33,542 bases of DNA. Origin: a virus. Lineage: Duplodnaviria; Caudoviricetes. The notes below the pieces were generated by a model, which worked only from the letters and a program-made list of their open reading frames with translations, was not told the DNA's origin and searched no databases. Positions within the stretch are counted from its first letter, which is position 1; each line of letters starts with the position of its first letter. Both the position numbers and the translations under genes were made by a program. This document shows positions 25,737 through 33,478 of the stretch, one piece after another. The stretch is taken from positions 1 to 33,542 of IMG/VR virus record IMGVR_UViG_3300038673_000846; one strand, 5' to 3'.

Positions 25737-26132
25737 TTAATACATTGAAGCGTATTTCTGAGCTGCACGGGTAATGATGGCAAAATAAACAGAGTCGATC
25801 GGGGTGTGGGATACCGGCAGCTTGACCGTTTTATCCGTCACGCCTATTGACTTGAACAACTCCCCGGCAAGGAAGGTAGATTGGAAGGATACAGCCCCCG
25901 ACGATACATTGCGACGGCATTTGATGCCTTTGGGATCATCCGTCACCTGAATGTACCAGTCGGCAGGGCGCTCCTGATCCTGGTGTACGAAGATCCTGGA
26001 TCCTTGTCCAAGATTCAAGGCAAGGGAAGCATCACTGCTGAAAGTCCAGGATCCGGCTGTGGTGATGCGGACCATACAGCGTTCCAACTTACGTCTCTTG
26101 ACGTCGTCAATGGTATACTTTTTCAGTTTCAT
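25737..26132 (-). CDS. Hypothetical phage protein
   Basis: 131 aa in the coupled early operon; VRITTAGSWTFS...QDQERPADWYI. Confidence 0.65.
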   Translation of the reverse strand: MKLKKYTIDDVKRRKLERCMVRITTAGSWTFSSDASLALNLGQGSRIFVHQDQERPADWYIQVTDDPKGIKCRRNVSSGAVSFQSTFLAGELFKSIGVTDKTVKLPVSHTPIDSVYFAIITRAAQKYASMY

Positions 26133-26287
26133 TGCGCGGTACTTTGGAGATTCCAGTAAAGCATGATCCCGAGGATCGAAAAAATGACCATGAAGGCCAG
26201 CGCAGAAATTACGTAAAGCGCTACCATGATGCGCTGTGTCACTTTGTCGGCTGGGGGAAGTTCAACCCCTTCATAATTCTCTTCCAT
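26129..26287 (-). CDS. 52-aa single-TM protein (not in the ORF track)
   Basis: MEENYEGVELPPADKVTQRIMVALYVISALAFMVIFSILGIMLYWNLQSTAQ*; ATGA overlap with 25737-26132. Confidence 0.65.
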   Translation of the reverse strand: MEENYEGVELPPADKVTQRIMVALYVISALAFMVIFSILGIMLYWNLQSTAQ

Positions 26288-26540
26288 GATTTTGGTTATT
26301 GATTGTGATTTTCCAGTTATTGTCGGTAAGTGAAATTTTCCACTTCAAGAGTGATGTTTCGCACCTGAACCATTTTTCGATCCGGCTGATCGTATGGGTA
26401 GCGTATGCGTACATGTCTTCCCTCTTGGGGCTGACAATTCCGAGACGCCTGATTTTTTCTGCGTCGTTGTGCTCACCATCGCTCATGTATTTCATTGAAG
26501 CGACGGCTTCCTCCGGGGTGCGCTTGCGCTTGTGCATCAC
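26271..26540 (-). CDS. Hypothetical protein
   Basis: 89-aa ORF overlapping neighbours in the operon. Confidence 0.5.
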   Translation of the reverse strand: MMHKRKRTPEEAVASMKYMSDGEHNDAEKIRRLGIVSPKREDMYAYATHTISRIEKWFRCETSLLKWKISLTDNNWKITINNQNHGREL

Positions 26541-26734
26541 CGGTTCCTCTTGACCTTGTTGTTTACACGGTGATAGTAGGTGTGTCCATTTTGGGCCTTA
26601 CGCACCTGAGCGCGCGTCATGCGCTTGACGGTCTTGTGCTTGGTATTCCTGGTGAAAGGTTCAGCCGAAGCCGATGCGGATAACCAAATCCCTGCGAACA
26701 GGAAGACGATGAAAATAAAGATGATCTTTTTCAT
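26537..26734 (-). CDS. Signal peptide + highly cationic ~41-aa mature peptide
   Basis: MKKIIFIFIVFLFAGIWLSASASA-EPFTRNTKHKTVKRMTRAQVRKAQNGHTYYHRVNNKVKRNR; A/T-rich start context; the longer track ORF runs through the tRNA-like element. Confidence 0.65.
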   Translation of the reverse strand: MKKIIFIFIVFLFAGIWLSASASAEPFTRNTKHKTVKRMTRAQVRKAQNGHTYYHRVNNKVKRNR

Positions 26735-26769
26735 GGTGTTAAGTTTTATGGTTAATGAATAGAAAAGTG

Positions 26770-26861
26770 TGGAGCCGGGGGCAGGATTCGAACCTGCATG
26801 CTCAGAGAGCTTGGAAAATCTATCTTTTATCCGCGGCGTCTGCCAATTCCGCCACCCCGGC
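26770..26861 (-). tRNA. tRNA-like RNA (tRNA-Leu-type scaffold, aberrant anticodon arm, U73, encoded CCA)
   Basis: GCCGGGG/CCCCGGC acceptor stem, TGGCGGAATTGGCAGACGC D arm, GCTC-TCT-GAGC variable arm, GCAGG-TTCGAAT-CCTGC T arm, T-CCA end; the anticodon arm cannot form a 5-bp stem with a 7-nt loop. Confidence 0.8.
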
Positions 26862-26889
26862 AAAACCGGCCCAGGAAGAGCTGGGCCGG
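26862..26889 (-). terminator. 9-bp hairpin + U4 immediately 5' of the tRNA-like RNA
   Basis: CCGGCCCAG-6nt-CTGGGCCGG (26866-26889) followed on the minus strand by TTTT and then G1 of the tRNA-like RNA. Confidence 0.55.
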
Positions 26890-26951
26890 AAAAAGCAAAT
26901 GCTATAAAGAACGCAGCCTTTCTGCCCAGGCTTCGGGCTATCTGGATGGGA

Positions 26952-27560
26952 CTATATCGTCGCAAAATTTAGCCGGATGGGGACGTACCGGCCATTCTCG
27001 TCCTTCTCTGCGATCTCCATGTACCTGACGGTACTGTTGCGGTTGATAGACTTGCGTATGAGCTCCATTGCTTCCTGCCAAAGCGGGTGAGTGATGTTCA
27101 AACTGAACAGACCGAAGATCCTGGCCTTGTCAAGGCGCCCCTTGCGCGTCGTAAAGGCCTGGTTGATCAGGGCGACAATGTCGCTGTCGGCACCGTTGGT
27201 CTTCATCTCGATGAATTCGTGAAGCTTCATGTGGGCCAGATTGATGTTTTCGTCGAATTCGATCAGCTCGTTGATGTTGACCTCGATTCTGATCGACTTG
27301 TCAAAGCTGGTCAGGGTGTAATTCCCCTTGCGGGAAGAAGGCTCGATGTTGGCCTCACGGAGCATCTCGGCATACAGGGCATCTGCTGTTGAGTAAGCCA
27401 TTTCCTTAAACCTGATCATCTGCTCGTTGAGTCTGACGGCAGCGTTGAAGATCTTGGAGACCTGGGTCTCATTGTAACGGTCGAACTTGGGAACATACTC
27501 CCTCGGAACGTCGTTACCGCGGTGGTCAAGCCATGTTTTTTGATTGTTTTTCTGGATCAT
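26952..27560 (-). CDS. DUF3164-like protein of transposable phages (Gam position)
   Basis: WLDHRGNDVP, KGNYTLTSFD, WQEAMELIRKS, YVPIRLNFA motifs. Confidence 0.8.
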   Translation of the reverse strand: MIQKNNQKTWLDHRGNDVPREYVPKFDRYNETQVSKIFNAAVRLNEQMIRFKEMAYSTADALYAEMLREANIEPSSRKGNYTLTSFDKSIRIEVNINELIEFDENINLAHMKLHEFIEMKTNGADSDIVALINQAFTTRKGRLDKARIFGLFSLNITHPLWQEAMELIRKSINRNSTVRYMEIAEKDENGRYVPIRLNFATI

Positions 27561-27579
27561 GATGGATTGTATTAGATGA

Positions 27580-27873
27580 TTAATTGCCTTTTAAAATGTG
27601 GTTGAACTGCGTTTCAATGGCTTTGCGAGTCTCGTTATTCGACGGGGTAAGCATGTGCTTGAGGCGATATTCGGCCAATCTCTCAAAGAGATCTGAGGCC
27701 TTAACCTGGTGCGATCCAATCACAACATGATCCTCCATCCATGTCATATACCTGTCTCTACCATGCGTCTGTTTGTCCCACCGGCCCACCTCCGACTCGC
27801 GTACCTCGAAGCCGTTTGAAGTAAAGAATGCCCTGATTTCATCAGGTGTGAAGAATACTTTCAGTATCATCAT
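27580..27873 (-). CDS. Hypothetical early protein
   Basis: Start MMILKVFF at 27873 (ATGA overlap with the upstream gene). Confidence 0.6.
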   Translation of the reverse strand: MMILKVFFTPDEIRAFFTSNGFEVRESEVGRWDKQTHGRDRYMTWMEDHVVIGSHQVKASDLFERLAEYRLKHMLTPSNNETRKAIETQFNHILKGN

Positions 27874-28127
27874 ATGCAATTTTCGTTTGTTGACTCGCTC
27901 ATGTGAAACACTTCCATGTGAGGCTTCGGCTGGCTCCATGTTCCATCCAAAAGCCCGGATTTCGCGTTAAGGTGATGAAGGATCTGGTTATACCTGCGGT
28001 AAACCTTGGGGTCGTAATTATCGGCCAGTTGGGCCTGAAGTCTGTCACGGTCTTTCTGCATGCTCTTTACTTTCTCAGCCATGCGTGACTCATAGATCTT
28101 TGCGTTATGTTTGCTTTTGCTTGTCAT
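27870..28127 (-). CDS. Hypothetical early protein
   Basis: 85 aa, overlapped on both sides. Confidence 0.55.
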   Translation of the reverse strand: MTSKSKHNAKIYESRMAEKVKSMQKDRDRLQAQLADNYDPKVYRRYNQILHHLNAKSGLLDGTWSQPKPHMEVFHMSESTNENCI

Positions 28128-28321
28128 TTGAGTAGTTCTTTCAGTTGCTTTTTAGCGGGGATACCCAAGTAGCGGTTATAAGTTCTTTCGGATATGCGGA
28201 AGGGTCTACGGATCAGATTTATGTAGATCCACTTTTGCGATGCTCCGCGCTGCTTTTCACTGAGTGTGATCTCTTGAATCTCAATTATTCGCTCCAGTAA
28301 GTTTACCCGTGTGTAAGCCAT
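28124..28321 (-). CDS. Small HTH-like regulatory protein
   Basis: SQKWIY...FRISERTYNRYLG helix-turn-helix pattern. Confidence 0.65.
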   Translation of the reverse strand: MAYTRVNLLERIIEIQEITLSEKQRGASQKWIYINLIRRPFRISERTYNRYLGIPAKKQLKELLK

Positions 28322-28768
28322 TTAATTGGAATAGATGATTGCGTCGATTTCGGCGGCAGTCACTTCGGCCACAAAGTCAAGATCTTTGGACTTCTTACCG
28401 AAAGCGTAGTAGAGTGAGCGGAGGCGTTCCACAGGGATCTGGTTAAAGTGGTCAGAACCGGCCGCGCGGCACGCAATGCGCTTGACCTTCTCGATGTCTC
28501 CGGTCTTCCCCAGCTTTTTCATCCATGCGAAAACGGAAGCTATGAGCCGCTTTCGCCAGCGGTCCATCTCGTCAAGGGCCGGATTGAGCCGATGATCCAA
28601 TAAAGTGCAAGCCTCTATGAGCTGATCGACGGAGAGATCCCTGGAGGACTCTACTCCATACTGATCAAGGATCACCAGCTTTCCATCCTGGTCAATCCCT
28701 GCCCGCCCCAACAGGGTGTGAAACCTCTTGAGAAGTGCGTTTTTCTGTTTTTCAATCGTTGTCTGCAT
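28322..28768 (-). CDS. GemA/DUF1018-like protein
   Basis: RFHTLLGRAGID...YGVESSRDLSVDQL pattern and position typical of Mu-like early operons. Confidence 0.6.
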   Translation of the reverse strand: MQTTIEKQKNALLKRFHTLLGRAGIDQDGKLVILDQYGVESSRDLSVDQLIEACTLLDHRLNPALDEMDRWRKRLIASVFAWMKKLGKTGDIEKVKRIACRAAGSDHFNQIPVERLRSLYYAFGKKSKDLDFVAEVTAAEIDAIIYSN

Positions 28769-28779
28769 TACGTTTTAGT

Positions 28780-29400
28780 TTATTTATAATCCCAATATTG
28801 TTGTGCGCCCTTTTCCCAGATCACGTATTCGCTGCCTCCGCCGTAACGGCTCTGCGGGAAGGCTTTGTAACCCTCGACCAGGATCTTGACGAAAGCGTCG
28901 TACCTGACCGACTTGGCTACATTGCCCTTGGGTTCCCTTCCTTCGGCGTGAGAGACGAAAATGAAAAGCTTGTGGCGGAATTCATCTCTCAGGCGCCTGT
29001 AATCGGCATACGTGAGCCCGGTGTATTGCAGCGAATCGACGATGATCACGTCAGGGCTTTTGCGGCGGCGTAGCCTGGCGGCCAGGTCAGCCACGGGCTC
29101 CTTGTCGAGCAGCAGGAAATTGCGTTGAACATCGTTCATTCCTGACTGGATAACTGCCTCCTTCATGCTCAGAGACAGTCCCTCTTCAAGGGAGTCGTAA
29201 CCGACACGGCAGAACCCGGCGAGATACCTGGCAAGTTGTAGCGCGAAACGCGTCTTGCCATTGGCAGGGTTGCCCCAGATGATCCAGGATCCTGTCAGCT
29301 CTGGTCGACCGATCGACTCAAGGAATTGCCCTTCAAAGTCGATCGTGGTCGCCCGGTATGCCTTCAGGTCTGAAACTGTCAGTGCCCTTTTTATTCGCAT
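28780..29400 (-). CDS. RecA/RadA-like P-loop ATPase
   Basis: WGNPANGKT Walker A, YDSLEEG, VIIVDSLQY Walker B. Confidence 0.8.
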   Translation of the reverse strand: MRIKRALTVSDLKAYRATTIDFEGQFLESIGRPELTGSWIIWGNPANGKTRFALQLARYLAGFCRVGYDSLEEGLSLSMKEAVIQSGMNDVQRNFLLLDKEPVADLAARLRRRKSPDVIIVDSLQYTGLTYADYRRLRDEFRHKLFIFVSHAEGREPKGNVAKSVRYDAFVKILVEGYKAFPQSRYGGGSEYVIWEKGAQQYWDYK

Positions 29401-29425
29401 TCAGAATGTCTAAGAACGTGGGTAA

Positions 29426-30271
29426 TTAGATGGATTTCCTTAACCCGTGGATTTTGCGGCGTACCCTACGGAGGTCGCTGTCACTGTCTATGATTACTTT
29501 TTCGATGTCCGATTTTGAGGTGATGCCGTTGGCTTCGCAGACGGCAGAAATGTCTGAGGCTGCAACACCTTTGAGCTCGATGCACTTGCGGCCTATGCGG
29601 CTCCAGATCTCGTTATAGCCCTTCTTGTTCAGCTTTGTCCCGCGGCGCAACCTCTTCTCAAGGTGGTTGGTGGCGCAGAGCACGATGCCGCACTCCTCTT
29701 CAAGCTGATTGTACAGGGTGATGAAGAAGTAAAGCACCTGGTCGGAAAGCTTGTCAGCTTCGTCAAGGATCAGCAGGGGCCGGTCGGTTACCTTCAGTGT
29801 GCGCACAGCCTCAGACATCATCTCTCCAAGATTGTAGCCTGAGTAGTCGCGGCCCATCTCAGCCATGAGTTCCTGAAGGAACTGCCGCTTAGTCCAGTAA
29901 TCAGCACAGCAGAGCATATAGACACGCTTGTTTGAGTCTGCAAAGTGCCGCATCGCGAAGGTCTTTCCGGATCCTGCATTGCCGGTGAGGGCAAGCACCA
30001 GGCTGTTCTCCTTCGCATCGTGAAGGAAGCTGGTGATCAGCTTGAAGTCGCGCGTCTCAACCGGTTCCCAGTTATCGTCGCGATAGCCGATCTGGCTGGC
30101 AACATTCCTCCACATCTCGTCGGAGATCAGGTCTGTGTTGCCGTTGAGAATCTGGCTTACAGTGGCCGACGATACGCCTTTAAGCGATGCCGATGCCTTG
30201 TTTTGGCTTTCATAGCGGTCACAATATGCCCGCAGCCTTTCGGTGATCTTCTCTTTTTTAATCGTATCCAT
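29426..30271 (-). CDS. MuB-like AAA+ transposition ATPase with N-terminal HTH
   Basis: SQNKASASLKGVSSATVSQI HTH; GNAGSGKT; LLILDEAD; SRIGR arginine finger; follows the transposase. Likely start MDTIKK at 30271. Confidence 0.9.
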   Translation of the reverse strand: MDTIKKEKITERLRAYCDRYESQNKASASLKGVSSATVSQILNGNTDLISDEMWRNVASQIGYRDDNWEPVETRDFKLITSFLHDAKENSLVLALTGNAGSGKTFAMRHFADSNKRVYMLCCADYWTKRQFLQELMAEMGRDYSGYNLGEMMSEAVRTLKVTDRPLLILDEADKLSDQVLYFFITLYNQLEEECGIVLCATNHLEKRLRRGTKLNKKGYNEIWSRIGRKCIELKGVAASDISAVCEANGITSKSDIEKVIIDSDSDLRRVRRKIHGLRKSI

Positions 30272-30290
30272 ACCAGTGATATTTAGTAGA

Positions 30291-32264
30291 TTAGTACATG
30301 TTCCAGAAATCAGTATCATCCTCCTCCTTGGGCTTGACCTTTCCGGTTCCGGAAGCGGGGAGGGCCTTCTTGGCTTCACCAAGCCTGTTCTTATGCTGCC
30401 CTTTGCTGTCGACGATGAGCAGCTTACGCAGGGTGGTGTCCTCCAGGGCCGGGTTTGATGCCAGTGTGGCCCTTACCAGTTCAGCAGACTTGGAGCGGGT
30501 TTCGATGACTTTACCCTCAAGTGCCTTGTTGTACTCTCGAACGCGCTGGAGCTGGTCGCTGTCGCCTGGTTTGCGGTCGGCCAGGGCCATGGGTTGGACA
30601 TACTTTTCTTCAAGGACGTACCTCAGGCTCTGGTCTTCGTTCACGGCCAGAACCTTTGATAGATCCAGGGGATCGTACATCACCTGCCAGCGGACGGAAG
30701 CATGCTCACGGAATGACAAATCGAATGAGTCGTAATCCCTTGTAATACCGTTGATGGTCGGGTGTAATCCCGTGCCGCGCAGCATGTTGGTATGACCGGT
30801 CGTCTCTCCGAAATACAGCAGGTAATTCGCCTGTGGGAGTTCGAGCTTGCTGGCCGATTCGAGTGCGTTCCAGGACTGCACGTAGGCGGCAACCTTGGAT
30901 GCCCTTTCTCGCATGATGATGCTCTCAACCTGTTTTACCACCCCGTCGAAATCCGGGAATTCGTGGCGGTACTTGTTCAAAAACTCAATATTCGGCTGTT
31001 TATCTTTGTCGCTGGTGATGCCGAAGCCTGACCAGTTGGGCATAAGTTGGCAGTAGGTCTTATTCAGATACCCGAAATACGGCTCGATCACTTTCGCCTT
31101 GGCGTTCTTTGCGCGCGCGGGGGTGACCTTATCGGCCAGTGTTTCGTAATACGGGGTAAGCTGCTTGATAGAGTAGCGGTCCGATTGGATCTGGTGAGCT
31201 CTGAAAAGCTGGCCGAATAGCTCGGCCGTATGCCTGACAGAATTACGCAGGGCTTCCTTAATGAGTTCAGGGGTTTCGTGGGTGCCGACAGCGTACCCGA
31301 GCGGGTATTTTATGGAGGGATCCAGCACTATCACCACGGTAGGCCGGTGGTGGAATGTGGTCCGGCCATTCTCAGTCTTCTGATAGAGAAGTTCGACATC
31401 CCAACCGTCAAGGGTGAGGTAGTATAGCGGTGCCGTGGGGGCGGACCTCTTTACCTGCATAGCCTTTGCGTTGCTGAATGCGACTGATCCACGACGGCCG
31501 GCATAAACGGTGGCCTCCATTTTGTCCCGCCATATTCCGACGGTTCCGGCAGTGATCTTCTTCCACTGCATTTTTTCAGCCACCTGGTTATACAGCCCTC
31601 TGATCTGTTCATTGTCCAGGTTGCGGGGATCTGCCAAGAGTTCCATCAGAAAGCTTTCCTTCACCTGGTCATCGACCTTTGCCGCATTTCGGTTCTGAAA
31701 ATTTTTGTGGATCAATGACTCCGGTCCATCCTGCATGTAGGTTTTATACCTCTCTTCGAGTCTGCGAGGATTGGCCGGAAGGTTATGCGGGTACTTGGTG
31801 CGGTCGAGTTCCATGACTGCTTCCGAGATTTGATCCCATGCGCGGCGCGACCGGCCACCCAGGGCGTGCCTCTTTGCGTGCTTGTCGGCTATGAGCCGGT
31901 GGATAGCGTCAAGGATGATGGCGTTGGCATAATACTCACGCCTGGTGTCGCTGGGGAGGTAACGGCCATCTGACAGTTTGTAGTTTTCAAAAAGTTCGCT
32001 GGCCACCTGGTTGGTTTGAATATGACTTTCCACCTGGTTGATTCGTGCTGCCTTATAAGGATCTCCGATTTTGCTTTCAATAACCCGGCGGAAACGCTGG
32101 GGAATACTGTCGTAAGCCACCAGTGCTGGGGTATTTAGGCAGCCACGCCGGACTACCTGGACGCTTTGGCGAGATGCAAGCTGTCGGTAATTCGATTCCG
32201 AGAGGATGCCCTCCTGAAAAAGCCAGTTGGCTTCGACACACAATATATTATTATGATATTGCAT
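30291..32264 (-). CDS. MuA-like DDE transposase
   Basis: LTLDGWDVEL (D), IQSDR (D), NAKAKVIEPYF (E), C-terminal VMYDPLDLSKVL; start MQYHNN at 32264. Confidence 0.92.
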   Translation of the reverse strand: MQYHNNILCVEANWLFQEGILSESNYRQLASRQSVQVVRRGCLNTPALVAYDSIPQRFRRVIESKIGDPYKAARINQVESHIQTNQVASELFENYKLSDGRYLPSDTRREYYANAIILDAIHRLIADKHAKRHALGGRSRRAWDQISEAVMELDRTKYPHNLPANPRRLEERYKTYMQDGPESLIHKNFQNRNAAKVDDQVKESFLMELLADPRNLDNEQIRGLYNQVAEKMQWKKITAGTVGIWRDKMEATVYAGRRGSVAFSNAKAMQVKRSAPTAPLYYLTLDGWDVELLYQKTENGRTTFHHRPTVVIVLDPSIKYPLGYAVGTHETPELIKEALRNSVRHTAELFGQLFRAHQIQSDRYSIKQLTPYYETLADKVTPARAKNAKAKVIEPYFGYLNKTYCQLMPNWSGFGITSDKDKQPNIEFLNKYRHEFPDFDGVVKQVESIIMRERASKVAAYVQSWNALESASKLELPQANYLLYFGETTGHTNMLRGTGLHPTINGITRDYDSFDLSFREHASVRWQVMYDPLDLSKVLAVNEDQSLRYVLEEKYVQPMALADRKPGDSDQLQRVREYNKALEGKVIETRSKSAELVRATLASNPALEDTTLRKLLIVDSKGQHKNRLGEAKKALPASGTGKVKPKEEDDTDFWNMY

Positions 32265-32268
32265 GGCC

Positions 32269-32457
32269 TTATTGATTGAGGAGTTGATCTCTTGCTTCAA
32301 TGACTTTTTTGAGGGCTTCGACAGCTTCTTTATGCCTCCTGGATGATTCCCTTTTCAGCATCGCCTGAACATTACCTGGCGTGGTATCAAGCATTTTTGC
32401 CACCACGGAGATGTCACCGTAATGTTTTTTGCTCAATAGTTTGGATTTATCCGTCAT
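32269..32457 (-). CDS. Ner/Cro-like small HTH regulator
   Basis: GDISVVAKMLDTTPGNVQAML; first gene of the early operon, divergent from the repressor. Confidence 0.75.
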   Translation of the reverse strand: MTDKSKLLSKKHYGDISVVAKMLDTTPGNVQAMLKRESSRRHKEAVEALKKVIEARDQLLNQ

Positions 32458-32472
32458 TTTACCTTACTTTTG
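32440..32472 (+). promoter_or_regulatory. Bacteroidota sigma-A promoter for the repressor (Pc-like)
   Basis: TTTG(32440-43)-N21-TACTTTTG(32465-72). Confidence 0.65.
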
Positions 32473-32486
32473 TTACGTTGTTAGTA

Positions 32487-32518
32487 CAAAGATAATCGCA
32501 TTTTGCGAATTATCCAAA
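32487..32518 (-). promoter_or_regulatory. Bacteroidota sigma-A early promoter (Pe-like)
   Basis: Minus strand TTTG(32518-15)-N20-TATCTTTG(32494-87), exact consensus. Confidence 0.75.
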
Positions 32519-32538
32519 TAATATGTCGCATTTTGCGA
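32496..32538. promoter_or_regulatory. Twin palindromic operators TCGCA-TTT-TGCGA
   Basis: Identical 13-mers at 32496-32508 and 32526-32538, 30 bp apart; the first lies in the Pe spacer. Confidence 0.8.
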
Positions 32539-32553
32539 ACATTTTATTAACAG

Positions 32554-32949
32554 GTGGATATAAAATTTATGATGAGGCAGTTGAAAACCCACCTCGGATT
32601 CCGAAAAGAGTCCGAATTAGCTGACTATTTAGGCATTAAATCCAACACTTTAAGCACCTGGTATGCCAGGAATACCTTTGACGCCATGCTTATATTCTCA
32701 AAGTGCGATTTTGTGAGTCCGCGCTGGTTACTGACTGGAGAGGGGGAGATGGTTGAACCTCAAAAATTGGATCCTTTTAAAAATGGGGTTGATAACATCA
32801 ACTCATCATTTTTTCTTGAGATTATAAGGCAGAAGGACCAAGAAATATCTAAACTTAACCAAGAAATCGGAGCTTTAAGGGAAAAAGTCCGTTATCTCAC
32901 AGACAATCCCAACTTAAAAAAATGGATACACACAGAAGAGAAGTATTAG
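32554..32949 (+). CDS. Phage CI-like repressor (HTH + coiled coil, no S24 peptidase domain)
   Basis: KESELADYLGIKSNTLSTWYARNT...VSPRWLLTGEGEM; C-terminal KDQEISKLNQEIGALREKV. Confidence 0.88.
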   Translation: MDIKFMMRQLKTHLGFRKESELADYLGIKSNTLSTWYARNTFDAMLIFSKCDFVSPRWLLTGEGEMVEPQKLDPFKNGVDNINSSFFLEIIRQKDQEISKLNQEIGALREKVRYLTDNPNLKKWIHTEEKY

Positions 32950-33152
32950 CGAATTGTACAAGGAGAGACAAGCACTTTAATAAGTAAATCCATTTTTTAT
33001 ATAACTTATTCCATTATGTATCTGCATATTACGGCCTTATTTTTATATTATGTTTATGTACTTATGGGGGTACTTAAACGGTGTTTTAGTGCATTTTGGG
33101 GGTATTTTTTGCACTTATGGGGCTGTTTTGAGTGTTGTTTTTTCCGTTTTTT

Positions 33153-33188
33153 GTAACTCCATTTGTCACTCCATTCGTCACTCCATTC
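33153..33188 (+). repeat. 3 x 12-bp tandem repeat GT(A/C)ACTCCATT(T/C)
   Basis: gtaactccattt / gtcactccattc / gtcactccattc in the non-coding right arm. Confidence 0.85.
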
Positions 33189-33395
33189 AACTTTTGAGAT
33201 TAAAATGACGTCCAATAAAGACATAATGATCCCACAATATCAGATTCACTTAAATAATACCTCTGGGGCCTTACAGGAGCCGTTCTTAGGCTTATTTTGG
33301 GATTTTCGTAGTTGGTGTCAAATGAAGTTTAAAGGGCCATTAAAGGCTTTTAAATCGTAGAATTATGAAACCCAAAATCAATGGTTATTCAAAAG

Positions 33396-33478
33396 TGTGC
33401 ACAATTTGTTTTCGTGCGGCCCGAATTTATTCACTGATCATCAGATGTTTGTGAAATCAACTTTGTACAATTCGTTTT
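33396..33478 (-). repeat. Right-end putative transposase binding sites
   Basis: Reverse complements AAAACGAATTGTACAAA (33478-33462) and AAAACAAATTGTGCACA (33412-33396) match the left-end sites. Confidence 0.8.

Noticed and set aside
26770-26861. Functional tRNA-Leu or attachment-site remnant
   Set aside because: No canonical anticodon stem-loop and U73 instead of A73; no integrase, no duplicated 3' fragment and the position is internal.
26537-26965. 142-aa ORF as listed in the track
   Set aside because: Its 5' half runs through the hairpin and tRNA-like RNA; the credible gene starts at 26734.
33153-33188. CRISPR-like mini-array
   Set aside because: 12-bp units are directly adjacent with no spacers; no cas genes.
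33163-33360. 65-aa ORF in the right arm
   Set aside because: Starts at a TTG inside the tandem repeat, with no motif or operon context.
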